Numbered from the stretch's first letter, positions 46,588 through 56,628 are shown. The stretch is DNA of 64,000 nucleotides from a virus (IMGVR_UViG_2806310985_000007:9811-73810); one strand, 5' to 3'. The notes: generated from the sequence alone by a model not told the origin. Numbers and translations: made by a program.

Positions 46588-47369
46588 CGCACCAGCCCCC
46601 ATTCCGCAAATTTCTCAAAGCCGCCGAGGGACTGGATGTATCTCCGGGCAGTCTCCACGATCTCCGCATAGGGAATGCCGTCCACAGTATCGTCTCCGAT
46701 GGCGCAGCACAGTTCCACCGGCTTTCCCGTTTCCTGCGCCTTCAGCCAGGCGTAAATATTGACCGACACATCTGCCTTGGAGAGATCTTTTCCATGCAGA
46801 CCGCCGCCTGTGACGGAGTCTGCCATGTCGCTGCCCAGCTTGCGATTGGTGGCACCCGTGTCCACGTCCGTGCCGCCCGTCCAATCACCGAGCGGATTGA
46901 TCTCGGCGTGAGGATACACTTCCTTGAGGTGCTGAGTCCTGGCGTTGCTCTGACAGAGAATTAGCCTTGCACCGTCCAGAATGCACTTCCCGTCATAGGG
47001 ATAAGTGTGATACACACTTTTGGCGATCTCGCAGAGTGCTTTCTGCTCCTCCGTAACCGGCACCCCTTTGAAAATGCCGTTGTCACCGCAGCGGATTCCT
47101 TCTGCCTGGTTATTGGCAAGGTGTCCGTCCTGCGGCACTTTCACATAGTCCGTGTGCAGATTTCCTGCAATGCGGTGAACAATTGATTTTACTTCATCCA
47201 AAGAGATGTGTGCCGATGTCTCCGCAATGATATGGCAAACGCCGTGACCGATGAGAACCTCCACGGCGATCCTTGGATTTTCTTCTTTTCTGTACGCCGC
47301 ATCCACCAGAGCGCCGGCGATACGGTCAGCCACCTTGTCCGGGTGGCACGGATTTACCTTTTCAAACAT
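46584..47369 (-). CDS. metK: Short S-adenosylmethionine synthetase-like protein
   Basis: HPDKVAD.I, GDNG, INPLG.W.GG...DTGATNRK, GGG..GKD.SKAD; only 261 aa. Confidence 0.8.
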   Translation of the reverse strand: MFEKVNPCHPDKVADRIAGALVDAAYRKEENPRIAVEVLIGHGVCHIIAETSAHISLDEVKSIVHRIAGNLHTDYVKVPQDGHLANNQAEGIRCGDNGIFKGVPVTEEQKALCEIAKSVYHTYPYDGKCILDGARLILCQSNARTQHLKEVYPHAEINPLGDWTGGTDVDTGATNRKLGSDMADSVTGGGLHGKDLSKADVSVNIYAWLKAQETGKPVELCCAIGDDTVDGIPYAEIVETARRYIQSLGGFEKFAEWGLVR

Positions 47370-47373
47370 AGCT

Positions 47374-47922
47374 TTATCCTTTCCGCGCCCGCAGCAGACG
47401 CTCCATCAAATCATCCTGGGGAGATACCTCGCCGTAGTCGGTGCTGCAGTTTTCCTTTACGATCTGGAAGATCTCGTTCCAGAGCCGCACCGCCTGGTTC
47501 ATGTAGTTGATGCCGATGTTGATAAAAGGCGATGGGATCGGCTTCTGGGTGGTCGGGTGCTTGGAGAGGAAGCCCATGCGGTTGGTCATCTCCTCGCACT
47601 GAATCCAGCGGGCGCTGCACATGGCGTACCGCTCCAAAAGCTGTGGGGACACCTTAGCGGCACAGCCGATCTTCTTCAGCCACTCCCAGGTTTCTTTATA
47701 GATTTCCTCTGCCTGGAGCGTACTTCCGTCACGCTGCTCGGCAGAGAGGAACTCATGGGGTTTTGGCATATCGACACCCTCGACTTCGGGAATGTCCAGC
47801 ACTTCTAATCTTCGTCCGCCCGGATTGCCGTTCTCGGCTTTCTCCTTGACGGCAGACTTTTTTCTTCCCGCACCGGGTCTCGCACCTCCGCGCCCGCCTG
47901 TGTTATTGGATTTTGTCGGCAT
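47374..47922 (-). CDS. terS: Terminase small subunit (P27 family)
   Basis: GGARPGAGRK, GNPGGR; follows the HNH gene. Confidence 0.85.
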   Translation of the reverse strand: MPTKSNNTGGRGGARPGAGRKKSAVKEKAENGNPGGRRLEVLDIPEVEGVDMPKPHEFLSAEQRDGSTLQAEEIYKETWEWLKKIGCAAKVSPQLLERYAMCSARWIQCEEMTNRMGFLSKHPTTQKPIPSPFINIGINYMNQAVRLWNEIFQIVKENCSTDYGEVSPQDDLMERLLRARKG

Positions 47923-47989
47923 TTTCTCACCTCTTTTCCGTAAAAAATAAGCAGCCCTGACAGGCCGCCGTCAATTACCCTTTTGATTT

Positions 47990-48060
47990 CGCCTTTTTCG
48001 CGCACGAAGCCCCAGGCCGCTGCCCGCGTACAGGACTCGCAGAGATTTTGACCGCCCTAC
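47990..48060 (-). other. Probable cos region
   Basis: GC-rich GGGCGGTCAAAATCTCT...CAGCGGCCTGGGGC...GCGCGAAAAA between HNH and terS, the usual cos position in HNH-type phages. Confidence 0.45.
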
Positions 48061-48404
48061 CGGTCGCCAAGGTCGTGGTGGATCTTGGTATGGCAGGAAC
48101 GGCAAAGGCTCATCAGATTGTCCCTTGCATGAGTGCCGCCCTGAGAGATGGGAACGATGTGGTGTACCTCATCCACAGGAGTCAGCCGTCCTTCCTTCAG
48201 ACACATCTCACAGAGAGGATGCGCCGCAGCATAGCGGTCACGGATGCGTTTCCAGGCTCTGCCGTACTTCTTATTTACGTCCGCACTGCGTTCGTATTTG
48301 TTGTACTGCCTGCGGGCGGCTGCTTCGTGTTCCTTGCAATACTGACCGTCCGTGAGGTTGGGACAGCCGGGGTAGGAGCATGGCCGCTTTGGTTTCCTTG
48401 GCAT
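48057..48404 (-). CDS. HNH endonuclease (terminase-associated)
   Basis: PLCEMC, VHHIVP, NLMSLCRSCH. Confidence 0.9.
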   Translation of the reverse strand: MPRKPKRPCSYPGCPNLTDGQYCKEHEAAARRQYNKYERSADVNKKYGRAWKRIRDRYAAAHPLCEMCLKEGRLTPVDEVHHIVPISQGGTHARDNLMSLCRSCHTKIHHDLGDR

Positions 48405-48490
48405 CGTCTCACCTCCTTGGGGCATAAGAAAAGCCCCCACAGGATCGCTCCCATGAAGGCCGTTCTGTATTCTACTTCGCTATTGTAATG

Positions 48491-48532
48491 ATATCACAGG
48501 ACGGGTGTGCCATACTGTGCCAAACCGTGCCA
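48491..48532 (-). promoter_or_regulatory. Putative late promoter with three TGGCAC repeats
   Basis: GTGCCA at 48507, 48517 and 48527 (10-bp period), then TG-A-TATCAT on the minus strand. Confidence 0.55.
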
Positions 48533-48536
48533 ACTT

Positions 48537-48947
48537 TCAATCCGGGACAGAAAAATTCTGGAGAGCCGACCCGTGTATGCGGTGTACCGTGCGAAGCGAC
48601 ACGTTCAGCATCCGGGATATCTCCTCCCAGGAGCAGTTGTCCAGGTAACGGTAACGGAGTACCAGCTGCTCCTCACGGCTGGCAAGCCTGTCGATTGCCG
48701 CATTGATGGTTTCCTTGAGACACACCAGATACGCCACCTTTTCCGCCACATCCCTCTGGATGGCGTCGATTTTCTCAAGGCACCGGACAAAAGGGGCTTC
48801 TGTCGGCTTGTTTGGATTGTAGTGCGGTTCGAAATTACTGCCTGAGACGCTGCTCGATAAATCCCTCCAGTAGTCAATCTCACGCAGACGGCAGTTTATA
48901 AGGGCATCCAGGTGCCGCGCCTGGTTCAGATACTCTTTTGCGGTCAT
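48537..48947 (-). CDS. Late transcriptional activator (DUF1492/ArpU-like)
   Basis: MTAKEYL.Q; LRYRY...SWEEI..L..S.R.VHR.HG.AL. Confidence 0.8.
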   Translation of the reverse strand: MTAKEYLNQARHLDALINCRLREIDYWRDLSSSVSGSNFEPHYNPNKPTEAPFVRCLEKIDAIQRDVAEKVAYLVCLKETINAAIDRLASREEQLVLRYRYLDNCSWEEISRMLNVSLRTVHRIHGSALQNFSVPD

Positions 48948-49171
48948 GCGTCCACCTCCTTCTGCAGGGAGCGGATCAGCATCTCGCCTTTCACATCTGT
49001 GAGTGCCGAATACCACTGCGAACGGAAGAACCGCTCAATTTCGGCTTTATCCGCTTGCGCCGCCCTATTACGGGAGTTGGCTTTCAGGCTTTTCAGCGCC
49101 ATGCGGTAATCCTTCACAGCTTGCAGGATGATGGCGTTCGCAAGGTCCTCGTAAATCGTGATATTGCTCAT
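48944..49171 (-). CDS. Hypothetical phage protein
   Basis: LANAIILQAVKDYR...ERFFRS.WY. Confidence 0.8.
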   Translation of the reverse strand: MSNITIYEDLANAIILQAVKDYRMALKSLKANSRNRAAQADKAEIERFFRSQWYSALTDVKGEMLIRSLQKEVDA

Positions 49172-49226
49172 ATTCGCACCTCCGAAATTTTGATCCTCGG
49201 ATTGGCACGGATTTTCTTAGATTGTC

Positions 49227-50591
49227 TCAGATTTTCAAGTCCGCTTTCACGGCATCGATCAGGGCCGTCTGGGTATGCTCCTTTTTGGAGAGGGCTTTCA
49301 TGATGCGTTCGTCAATGGTGCCCTTTGTGACGATGTGTTGTACCACCACAGTTTCAGAAGTCTGCCCCTGCCGCCAGAGCCGCGCAATGGTCTGCTGATA
49401 AAGCTCCAGGCTCCAGGTCAGTCCGAACCACACGATGGCCGAACCGCCGCTCTGGAGATTCAGCCCATGCCCGGCGGAAGCGGGATGGATCAGCGCCACC
49501 GGCAACTCGCCATTGTTCCATCTGCGGATACTGGCGGCGTCATCCAGCTTTGAGAACGGGATATGCAGCTTTCGCAGCCTTTCCGAAATACGGGTCAGGT
49601 CATGCTTGAACCAGTAAGCCACCAGAAGCGGTTTGCCGTTGGCGGCTTCGATGATGTCCTCCAAAGCGTCAAGCTTGCGGTCGTGGATGCGGATGGTTTC
49701 GCCGCCGTCGTCATAGATTGCGCCGTTCGCCATCTGGGAGAGTTTCCCGGAGAGGGAGGCGGCGTTGGCGGCAGTGATCTCTGCGTCGCCCAGCGACAGC
49801 ACCAGCTCCTGTTTCAAGTCCGTGTATTTTTTCTGTTCATCCTCGGAAAGCCGAACCGTGTATTCACTGCTGACCAGCTTTGGCATATGCAGGTGGTCGG
49901 CGGACTTCATAGAGATGGTGATGTCCGAAATCTGTCGGTAGATGGCGTCCTCTGCATAGGGCAGGGGTTTGTAGGAGTAGATGACCTGGCCGTTTCGCTT
50001 GTCCGGCGTGAAGTAATCGGTGCGGTACTTGGTGATGAACCGTCCAAGCCGCTGCCCCATGTCCAGGATGCGAAACTCCGCCCACAGATCCATCAGACCG
50101 TTGGACGCAGGAGTGCCGGTCAGTCCGACGATGCGGCTCACCTTTGGTCTGACCTTTAACAGTGACTTGAACCGCTTTGTCTGGTGATTCTTGAACGAGG
50201 ATAGCTCATCGATCACCACCATATCGAAGTCAAAGGGAATGCCGCTCTCATCAATGAGCCACTGGACGTTTTCCCGGTTGATGATGTAGATGTCAGCGCG
50301 TCTCATCAATGCCGACCGGCGCTGGGCTTCCGTCCCGACAGCCACGGAGCAGATGAGATCCTGAAGGTGATCCCACTTATCCGCTTCAGCCGTCCATGTG
50401 TCCCGCGCCACTCTTAAGGGTGCGATGACCAGCACTTTATGGACCTCGAAGCTGTCAAACAGCAGGTCGGCTATGGCTGTCAGCGTGATGCTGGTTTTTC
50501 CCAGGCCGCAGTCTAAGAAGATAGCGGCTGCGGGGTGTGTCTCAATGTAATCCACCGCATATTTCTGATATTCATGAGGTTCGTATCTCAT
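49227..50591 (-). CDS. SNF2-related helicase
   Basis: DCGLGKT, VIDELS, LTGTP, GHGLNLQ, RLWRQGQ. Confidence 0.92.
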   Translation of the reverse strand: MRYEPHEYQKYAVDYIETHPAAAIFLDCGLGKTSITLTAIADLLFDSFEVHKVLVIAPLRVARDTWTAEADKWDHLQDLICSVAVGTEAQRRSALMRRADIYIINRENVQWLIDESGIPFDFDMVVIDELSSFKNHQTKRFKSLLKVRPKVSRIVGLTGTPASNGLMDLWAEFRILDMGQRLGRFITKYRTDYFTPDKRNGQVIYSYKPLPYAEDAIYRQISDITISMKSADHLHMPKLVSSEYTVRLSEDEQKKYTDLKQELVLSLGDAEITAANAASLSGKLSQMANGAIYDDGGETIRIHDRKLDALEDIIEAANGKPLLVAYWFKHDLTRISERLRKLHIPFSKLDDAASIRRWNNGELPVALIHPASAGHGLNLQSGGSAIVWFGLTWSLELYQQTIARLWRQGQTSETVVVQHIVTKGTIDERIMKALSKKEHTQTALIDAVKADLKI

Positions 50592-50853
50592 CCAGTATCC
50601 CTCCAATCTGCTCCGTATCGTCCAGCACATACACCGGAAATCCCAGCCGCCGCAAAAGCCTGTGGCGGGAAAGCTGCAGAGGTCGCGGCTTTTCTCCCAG
50701 AGCCTTGACTTCAACAAAGCCTATCCGTCCATTCGGCAGCAGCACCATGCGGTCCGGCATACCGTCAAAACCGGGAGATACGAGCTTGGGGCAGATGCCA
50801 CCGGCTTGTTTGACCGCCAGGGTCAGCTTCTTTTCAATTTCTTTTTCTCTCAT
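50572..50853 (-). CDS. VRR-NUC nuclease
   Basis: GMPDR..L, FVEVKA.G..PRPLQ. Confidence 0.9.
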   Translation of the reverse strand: MREKEIEKKLTLAVKQAGGICPKLVSPGFDGMPDRMVLLPNGRIGFVEVKALGEKPRPLQLSRHRLLRRLGFPVYVLDDTEQIGGILDEIRTS

Positions 50854-51389
50854 GGCTGTATCCTTTCTATGGGGTCGGCTAATTCAAAAGCGGCATAGGC
50901 GGCCAAGACAAAATTGTCGAGGGGCTTGCCCTTGTAGCTCCAGGCGGTCCTGCCATCCACATATACGCTGTAGCGATTGCCGCCCTTGTTGTTGATAAAC
51001 ACCTTTCTGCCCCGATAAGTCAGCTGATAGTTTCCATACCAGTTCTTTCGCCATTGACGGTGGGGAAAGTTACGTTTCCGTTTGGCGCGGTTTTTCATAA
51101 GCCGCTCACGCTCTCTGGCGGCGAGGATATCGCCCTCCATAATCCCTGCGCAGATACAGCCGACTGCAACAGTCTCAAAATGCTCGTCATGACGCATCAC
51201 ATGGACAGAGCGTACCTGTGAACAATCGCAGAGTTCGCAGGTGAACAGGTCGATGTGATCGGGATCTTCCTCTTCATCGGCCACATCGTAAATGTAGTCA
51301 CAATACCAGCCGGAGAGAGGCGCTCCCCATTCCTGGAGCCGCTTCTGACACCTGCGGACATATGCGCTGTCTATTTCATACATTGACAT
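50850..51389 (-). CDS. Hypothetical zinc-binding protein
   Basis: CELC...H...VGCICA; GGAGGT SD. Confidence 0.75.
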   Translation of the reverse strand: MSMYEIDSAYVRRCQKRLQEWGAPLSGWYCDYIYDVADEEEDPDHIDLFTCELCDCSQVRSVHVMRHDEHFETVAVGCICAGIMEGDILAARERERLMKNRAKRKRNFPHRQWRKNWYGNYQLTYRGRKVFINNKGGNRYSVYVDGRTAWSYKGKPLDNFVLAAYAAFELADPIERIQP

Positions 51390-51503
51390 TTTGATTTACC
51401 TCCGTGTTCTTAAAAACCTGAAAATCCTTACGCGCGTGCATATGCGTGATTTACGGGTTCTGTACAGTCTTTTTTATACATTTTCAATTTGTATGCTTTT
51501 TTA

Positions 51504-51663
51504 GGAACACAGGAACGAAGCCTGTAAAGTTGCCTTGCGGCGGCACATTCGGTGTGTTCCTGGCGGCGTTCCCGGAGTCTCCCCTGGGAACACTGCCGGA
51601 AGTCGGGAACTGTTCCTTATCCGCACTGTTCCCGAAAAATCAGTCAGGAACATCGCCGGGAAC
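51504..51663. repeat. Cluster of 10 GGAAC/GTTCC pentamers
   Basis: Starts at 51504, 51512, 51556, 51568, 51587, 51606, 51612, 51628, 51647 and 51659. Confidence 0.7.
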
Positions 51664-53979
51664 AAAGACGAACTGCGGTCCGTAGGGCTTGACGCGCTCC
51701 TTTTTCTCCTTGCGCACCCAGCCGAGTTTCGTGAGCATGGCTGTGAGGTTGTTGGATTCGGCGCGGCCAAGGCTGCCCTGATCCTTCCCGAAAAGCTCAC
51801 ACCAGATCTCCATATTGCAGACCCGTGTTCTGGCGACCGTACCAGCACGGCCGATATTATTCACCCCGGCGAGGAAGGAGCGGCGGTCGAACAGATCCAT
51901 GCCGTCCCAATCCTCAGGGAGCAGAGTTTCCAGATACTCGCGCACCAGCCCTTCGCGCTCATCGGACTCCAGCGCTTCCCGTTGTTCGCTCTTGGCGAGT
52001 GTTTCCAAATCGGGAGCCAGATGCAGCTTCTCGCCGTTCTCCACAAACACCAGCACCTCCGCCCAGATCTGGCCGATGTCCTCTTGGGTGAGTTCCCAGG
52101 AGTGCTTTGCACCGCCGCCCGGCGTTTTGACCGGCCAGAACCGGCGGTTGCCCGTGGTATCCCGCAGATAGCCGGACTCGGCGTTGGTGGTGCCAAAGAA
52201 GATGCACTGCCTCGGATGTGGCGTTGCCCGTCTGCCGAATGCGGCGCGGTAGATATCGTTCTGTCGGGAGAGGAAGGAGCGCAGCGTCTCCACCTCGGCT
52301 TTGCGAAGTCCCGCCAGTTCACCGATTTCCAGAATCCAATAGCCCTGCAGCTTCTCGGCGGCGGTCTTGTCCTTGGTATCGCTCAGATTCAAACTGTCAG
52401 AGAACCATTCCCCGGCAAGGCGGGAGATGAGGGTAGACTTGCCGATGCCCTGGGGACCGTTTAAGACCAGCATGGTATCGAACTTCACACCCGGCTCCTG
52501 CACCCGGCGCACGGCGGCGCAGAGGGTCTTTCTGGTCACAGCGCGGACATAGGAATTATCCTCCGCGCCCAGATAGTCGATGAGGAGCGTGTCCACACGG
52601 GGAACGCCGTCCCACTCCGGCAGAGCCGCCAGATATTCACGGATGGGGTGGTAGGAGCGGTCGTCCGCAACTTTGGTTACAGCGATCTGATAATTGCGCT
52701 GGGAGAATGTGCCGTAGTGGGAATCCACATAGCTGATCAGCTGGGCATCGTCAGCGTCCCTCCAGTATTTGGACGGGTGCTTCCAGGGCACCTCGCCCTT
52801 GATCTCCATGCCGTCCAGCTGCTGGTTGAATACGATATTCTGGAGCTGCGGGTCATTCTGGAGGATGAGCGTGATGTTGTGGAGGTTGTTCTTTAGCACC
52901 GTGGAGCGGGGTTCATACTGGAAACGCTTCTGCCAGTCGGTATCCTCGCTGCCGGAGAAATCCGTCTCGGCATCCGCCATCCGTTCGCTTGCCGCAAGCA
53001 GCTTTACCTCATCCTGCTGCATGGCGAACTCGCACATCGCCTTATAGGACGCTTTTTCGTCCAGATCGCCAAAGCGGTGGGTGCGGACGATGTCAAAGGC
53101 GTTGCACAGCTTGAGGTAAGCCGGGTCTTTGGCGTGGTGGCTGTAGACGAACTTGTCCTCCTTGATCTCCACGCCCGCCATGCTGGAGGATGCGATCAGG
53201 TGCCAGCGGTTCTCATTGTCGGTCGGCTCATAGATATCGGAGAGAAATGCCTCCAGCGCCTTGCTGATGGGATAATAGGTGCGGTTGAACAGACCCACCA
53301 CGCCCTCTTTGGTCAGCGGGTCCTGCACCTTTTGCTGTGCGGTGGTATTCGCCTTGCTTTCCCTGGAAGATGTGGGCAGTCTTGTAGGGTCGGTCCATTC
53401 CGGGTGCTTTGTGAGAATCGCATCGGGGTCGAGCCAGCCGCCGTCTGTCTCCTTATACACAAAGGAACCGTTAGCCGGCGTGGACGGCCAGTACATCAGC
53501 TGATTGGGCTGGTAGGAACATTCGTCGAAATAGTCGATGCCCAGCATCTGAGCCAGATAGCGGGACACCGCCACAAATTCCTCCGGGGTCACATCCCTGG
53601 TCAGCGGGAATACCAGCCGGACGCGGGGATTCTCCTCTGTGCTGCTGTGAGTGGTGTACAGCGCAGAGGCATAGGGGCAGAGGGACTCATAGCTATCCAG
53701 AAAAGCGGCGTCGATGCGGTCGCCGTCAAGCGCCACCATCGAGCGGCTTTCCACGGTATCGACCTTGCGTCTGCCGCCCTTCAGCACGCCCGCCACAAAG
53801 CCGCCGTGGTCTTTGGCGGCGTCACGCTGGGCGCGGCTCATCTTCGCATATTCCTCGGCGGACTCGGTGGTGCGGATGGTCACTTTGAGCCGCTCCTTTA
53901 GATTGTCAAATCGTATGGTCTTGTTGACCCATCTCTTTGCCTGCCGGTTGTTGCCGTAGGCGATGTTCAGTTCACGCAT
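51640..53979 (-). CDS. Primase-helicase, VirE/VapE family
   Basis: ALDGD, YTTHS, GPQGIGKST, GTTN...D.TGNRRFWP. Confidence 0.9.
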   Translation of the reverse strand: MRELNIAYGNNRQAKRWVNKTIRFDNLKERLKVTIRTTESAEEYAKMSRAQRDAAKDHGGFVAGVLKGGRRKVDTVESRSMVALDGDRIDAAFLDSYESLCPYASALYTTHSSTEENPRVRLVFPLTRDVTPEEFVAVSRYLAQMLGIDYFDECSYQPNQLMYWPSTPANGSFVYKETDGGWLDPDAILTKHPEWTDPTRLPTSSRESKANTTAQQKVQDPLTKEGVVGLFNRTYYPISKALEAFLSDIYEPTDNENRWHLIASSSMAGVEIKEDKFVYSHHAKDPAYLKLCNAFDIVRTHRFGDLDEKASYKAMCEFAMQQDEVKLLAASERMADAETDFSGSEDTDWQKRFQYEPRSTVLKNNLHNITLILQNDPQLQNIVFNQQLDGMEIKGEVPWKHPSKYWRDADDAQLISYVDSHYGTFSQRNYQIAVTKVADDRSYHPIREYLAALPEWDGVPRVDTLLIDYLGAEDNSYVRAVTRKTLCAAVRRVQEPGVKFDTMLVLNGPQGIGKSTLISRLAGEWFSDSLNLSDTKDKTAAEKLQGYWILEIGELAGLRKAEVETLRSFLSRQNDIYRAAFGRRATPHPRQCIFFGTTNAESGYLRDTTGNRRFWPVKTPGGGAKHSWELTQEDIGQIWAEVLVFVENGEKLHLAPDLETLAKSEQREALESDEREGLVREYLETLLPEDWDGMDLFDRRSFLAGVNNIGRAGTVARTRVCNMEIWCELFGKDQGSLGRAESNNLTAMLTKLGWVRKEKKERVKPYGPQFVFVPGDVPD

Positions 53980-54403
53980 AGTCGGTTACCTCCTCGCACA
54001 TAGTCGTAAAATATCTCAAACGGTAGTTCTTCCATTTGGCTCTGCGGATCTCCGCTTCCATGCCGGAAGAGATGTATTCTCCGAACACCCACACCTCGGA
54101 GCATTTACTCATGAGGGCGTTTCCGAAGAACAGTCCCAGCTGGCGCTCCTTTGGATTTTCGTCACGGAGAAACTGTGGAAACAGCAGATGCGGTGCAATG
54201 GGGATGTATCCCGCGTCCACGGCGAAGCGGCTGTATTTCCGGGCATTCTCCACGTTAACTTCCACATCCCCGGCATAGGGTGAGCAGATATAGACGATGG
54301 GCCGGAAAGCGCGGAGGGCGCGTTCCTCCTTTTCTATATTGGTGAGGGCTTCATAGGTGGTGGGGTCGTAATAGCCCTCGCTGTTGAATTTATTGATGCT
54401 CAT
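53972..54403 (-). CDS. DUF4406 / nucleoside deoxyribosyltransferase-like protein
   Basis: VYICSPYAG, APHL, C.EVWVFG..S.GM..E. Confidence 0.8.
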   Translation of the reverse strand: MSINKFNSEGYYDPTTYEALTNIEKEERALRAFRPIVYICSPYAGDVEVNVENARKYSRFAVDAGYIPIAPHLLFPQFLRDENPKERQLGLFFGNALMSKCSEVWVFGEYISSGMEAEIRRAKWKNYRLRYFTTMCEEVTDYA

Positions 54404-54416
54404 AGGCGTTACCTCG

Positions 54417-56357
54417 TTAATCTTTCTTGTAAAAATCGGTCTCGTAGCCGTCGGCGCGAAGCTGCAGCCCCTTTGCCCAGGGCGGCGTCCTGCCCATCTG
54501 GTCACAGACAGCCTGCAGGGACATCCGGCGGTCGGCTTCAATGACCACTTCATCGTGGATGTGCATAACGATGGAGCAGCAGCGAAGGGTCTGCATGGCG
54601 TAGCAGAGGATATCTCGTGAGGTTGCCTGGACGATGTTTTCTACGAATTTTGGACCGTAGCTGTCAATGCGTTCCCATTTCTTCGTGCCGCCGACGCCTT
54701 CATAGGTGATACAGTCGCCGCCAAAACGGTTCTCTCCGATCTTTGGCTTCACATAGGCAAGGCTCCTGCCGGACGGCAGAGTGATAAACAGCATCCCGTT
54801 TCTGGCGGAGAATATGATGCCGTGTGTTTTCGTGGTGGTCTTACGGGTAACAGCGTCCATCACAGCGTGGTCAACCGCCCACCAGAACTGCACGATCTTC
54901 GGATTCGCCTGACGCCATGCGGAAACCAGAGCTGGAAGTTCATCCTCCTGAAGGCCCATCTCCAAAGCACCCATCGCTTTCAGCGCACCCACAGAGCCGC
55001 CGTAGCCGAGAGCCAGTTCTGCGATCTTGCCTTTCTGCCGCAGGTGGCCGTTGACGCCGTGCTTTTCTACGGGGACGCCGAACATCTGGGATGCGCTGGC
55101 GCAGTAGATGTCCTTGCCCTGGGCGAATACATCCTGCCGCCACTTCTCGCCGGCAAGCCATGCGATCACCCTGGCTTCAATTGCGGAGAAGTCCGCCACA
55201 ATGAATTTCCTGTCTTCCTGCGGCACGAATGCCGTGCGGATCAGCTGAGAAAGGGTATCCGGCACATCCTCATAGAGCATTTCCAGAGCGTCAAAGCCGC
55301 CTGCCCGGACAAGTCCTCTGACTTCGGACAGATCGTCCAGATGGTTCTGGGGCAGATTTTGCATCTGAATGATGCGGCCTGCCCAGCGCCCTGTGCGGTT
55401 GGCTCCGTAAAACTGGAACATCCCTCTTGCCCGGCCATCGGAGCAGACGGCGGTCTCCATCGCCTGATACTTTTTCACGCTGGATTTCGCAAGCTGCTGG
55501 CGCAGGGTCAGCACCTTTTGCAATTGTGGCGGCGCGGTTTTCAAAAGCTCCGCCACTGCTTTTTTACCCAGGGTATCGGTCTCCATGCCGTTATCCGCAA
55601 GCCACTGTTTCATCTGCTGTACCGAGTTGGGATTGTCCAGCGAGGTCAGTTCCTTCATTGCCTGTGTCAGCTCCGAGCGGGAGCGCCCGTCCATCTGAAT
55701 GGCCTGCCGCACCAGTTCCATATCCAGCCCCACGCCGCGGTCGTTGATCTCCTGGTCGAGATGGTATTCCTCCCACACGCTGTCCGGCACGGGATATTTG
55801 GAGAGCCTTGCCTGGATGGACATCTCCGTCTCCACATCGCGGATGTTGTATCGTTTGAACGCCAGCCACTTGTCCGGAGAGTGTTTGGGAAGGTTGCGGG
55901 TACGCTGACCATTGGACTTGGTTGGCGCACAGGGCTGGCAGAAATATTTAATGAGGTCTTTGCCCTCAGACAGCTTCTGTTTTTCCAATCCCAGCACAGC
56001 GCCGGCTCCCTCCAGGGATAAGGGCAGCCCCATGTACGCAGCCCAGACCATCGAGCATTTCCAGGAATCCGGCTTCAGATAGTCGCCGGTCGGATAGCCC
56101 AGAAAGTGAGACAGGCAGATGCGTTCAAAATTGGCGTTGAAGGCCCATTTGGTCACAGTCTCATTCTCCAATGCGGAAAGAATCTCCGAAGGGATTTTCT
56201 CCCCACAGGCAAGGTCTATCTGCCGCACGGGACCGCCGTCCACGCTGTAGGCAAAGAGCAGGATTTCAAAATCGGGAGACTCCACATAACGGTACACGCC
56301 GGTTTTGGCGAGGGGCTGGTCGCTGTAAGTCTCCAGGTCGATGGATAAGGTTTGCAT
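54417..56357 (-). CDS. Phage DNA polymerase, family A
   Basis: IDLETYS exonuclease motif, RTGRW, QNLP, ADFSAIEAR, RQKGK..EL..GYG, HIHDE. Confidence 0.95.
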   Translation of the reverse strand: MQTLSIDLETYSDQPLAKTGVYRYVESPDFEILLFAYSVDGGPVRQIDLACGEKIPSEILSALENETVTKWAFNANFERICLSHFLGYPTGDYLKPDSWKCSMVWAAYMGLPLSLEGAGAVLGLEKQKLSEGKDLIKYFCQPCAPTKSNGQRTRNLPKHSPDKWLAFKRYNIRDVETEMSIQARLSKYPVPDSVWEEYHLDQEINDRGVGLDMELVRQAIQMDGRSRSELTQAMKELTSLDNPNSVQQMKQWLADNGMETDTLGKKAVAELLKTAPPQLQKVLTLRQQLAKSSVKKYQAMETAVCSDGRARGMFQFYGANRTGRWAGRIIQMQNLPQNHLDDLSEVRGLVRAGGFDALEMLYEDVPDTLSQLIRTAFVPQEDRKFIVADFSAIEARVIAWLAGEKWRQDVFAQGKDIYCASASQMFGVPVEKHGVNGHLRQKGKIAELALGYGGSVGALKAMGALEMGLQEDELPALVSAWRQANPKIVQFWWAVDHAVMDAVTRKTTTKTHGIIFSARNGMLFITLPSGRSLAYVKPKIGENRFGGDCITYEGVGGTKKWERIDSYGPKFVENIVQATSRDILCYAMQTLRCCSIVMHIHDEVVIEADRRMSLQAVCDQMGRTPPWAKGLQLRADGYETDFYKKD

Positions 56358-56422
56358 TTCGTCACTTCCTTCCATACCCCAACAGGGCGGCAGATCGCTC
56401 CGCCGCCCTGGGGCTTAGTCGC

Positions 56423-56608
56423 TTATTTCTCCAGCAGCTTCATGCGGTTTTCGTGATATTCAGCGTCACGAAGCGCCTGTTCCCGCTCACGCTTTTCACG
56501 TTTGCGGTCGTAGAGAAAGGACTGGATGCTGCTGATCAGAATGACGGAGCTGATGCACAACCAGATTCCGAGAACTGTAAAGAGAAGAATTGTCTGAATT
56601 GTTGTCAT
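56423..56608 (-). CDS. Small membrane protein
   Basis: TM helix plus charged tail; GGAGGT SD. Confidence 0.7.
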   Translation of the reverse strand: MTTIQTILLFTVLGIWLCISSVILISSIQSFLYDRKREKREREQALRDAEYHENRMKLLEK

Positions 56609-56628
56609 AGTGTTTTACCTCCACTGTC

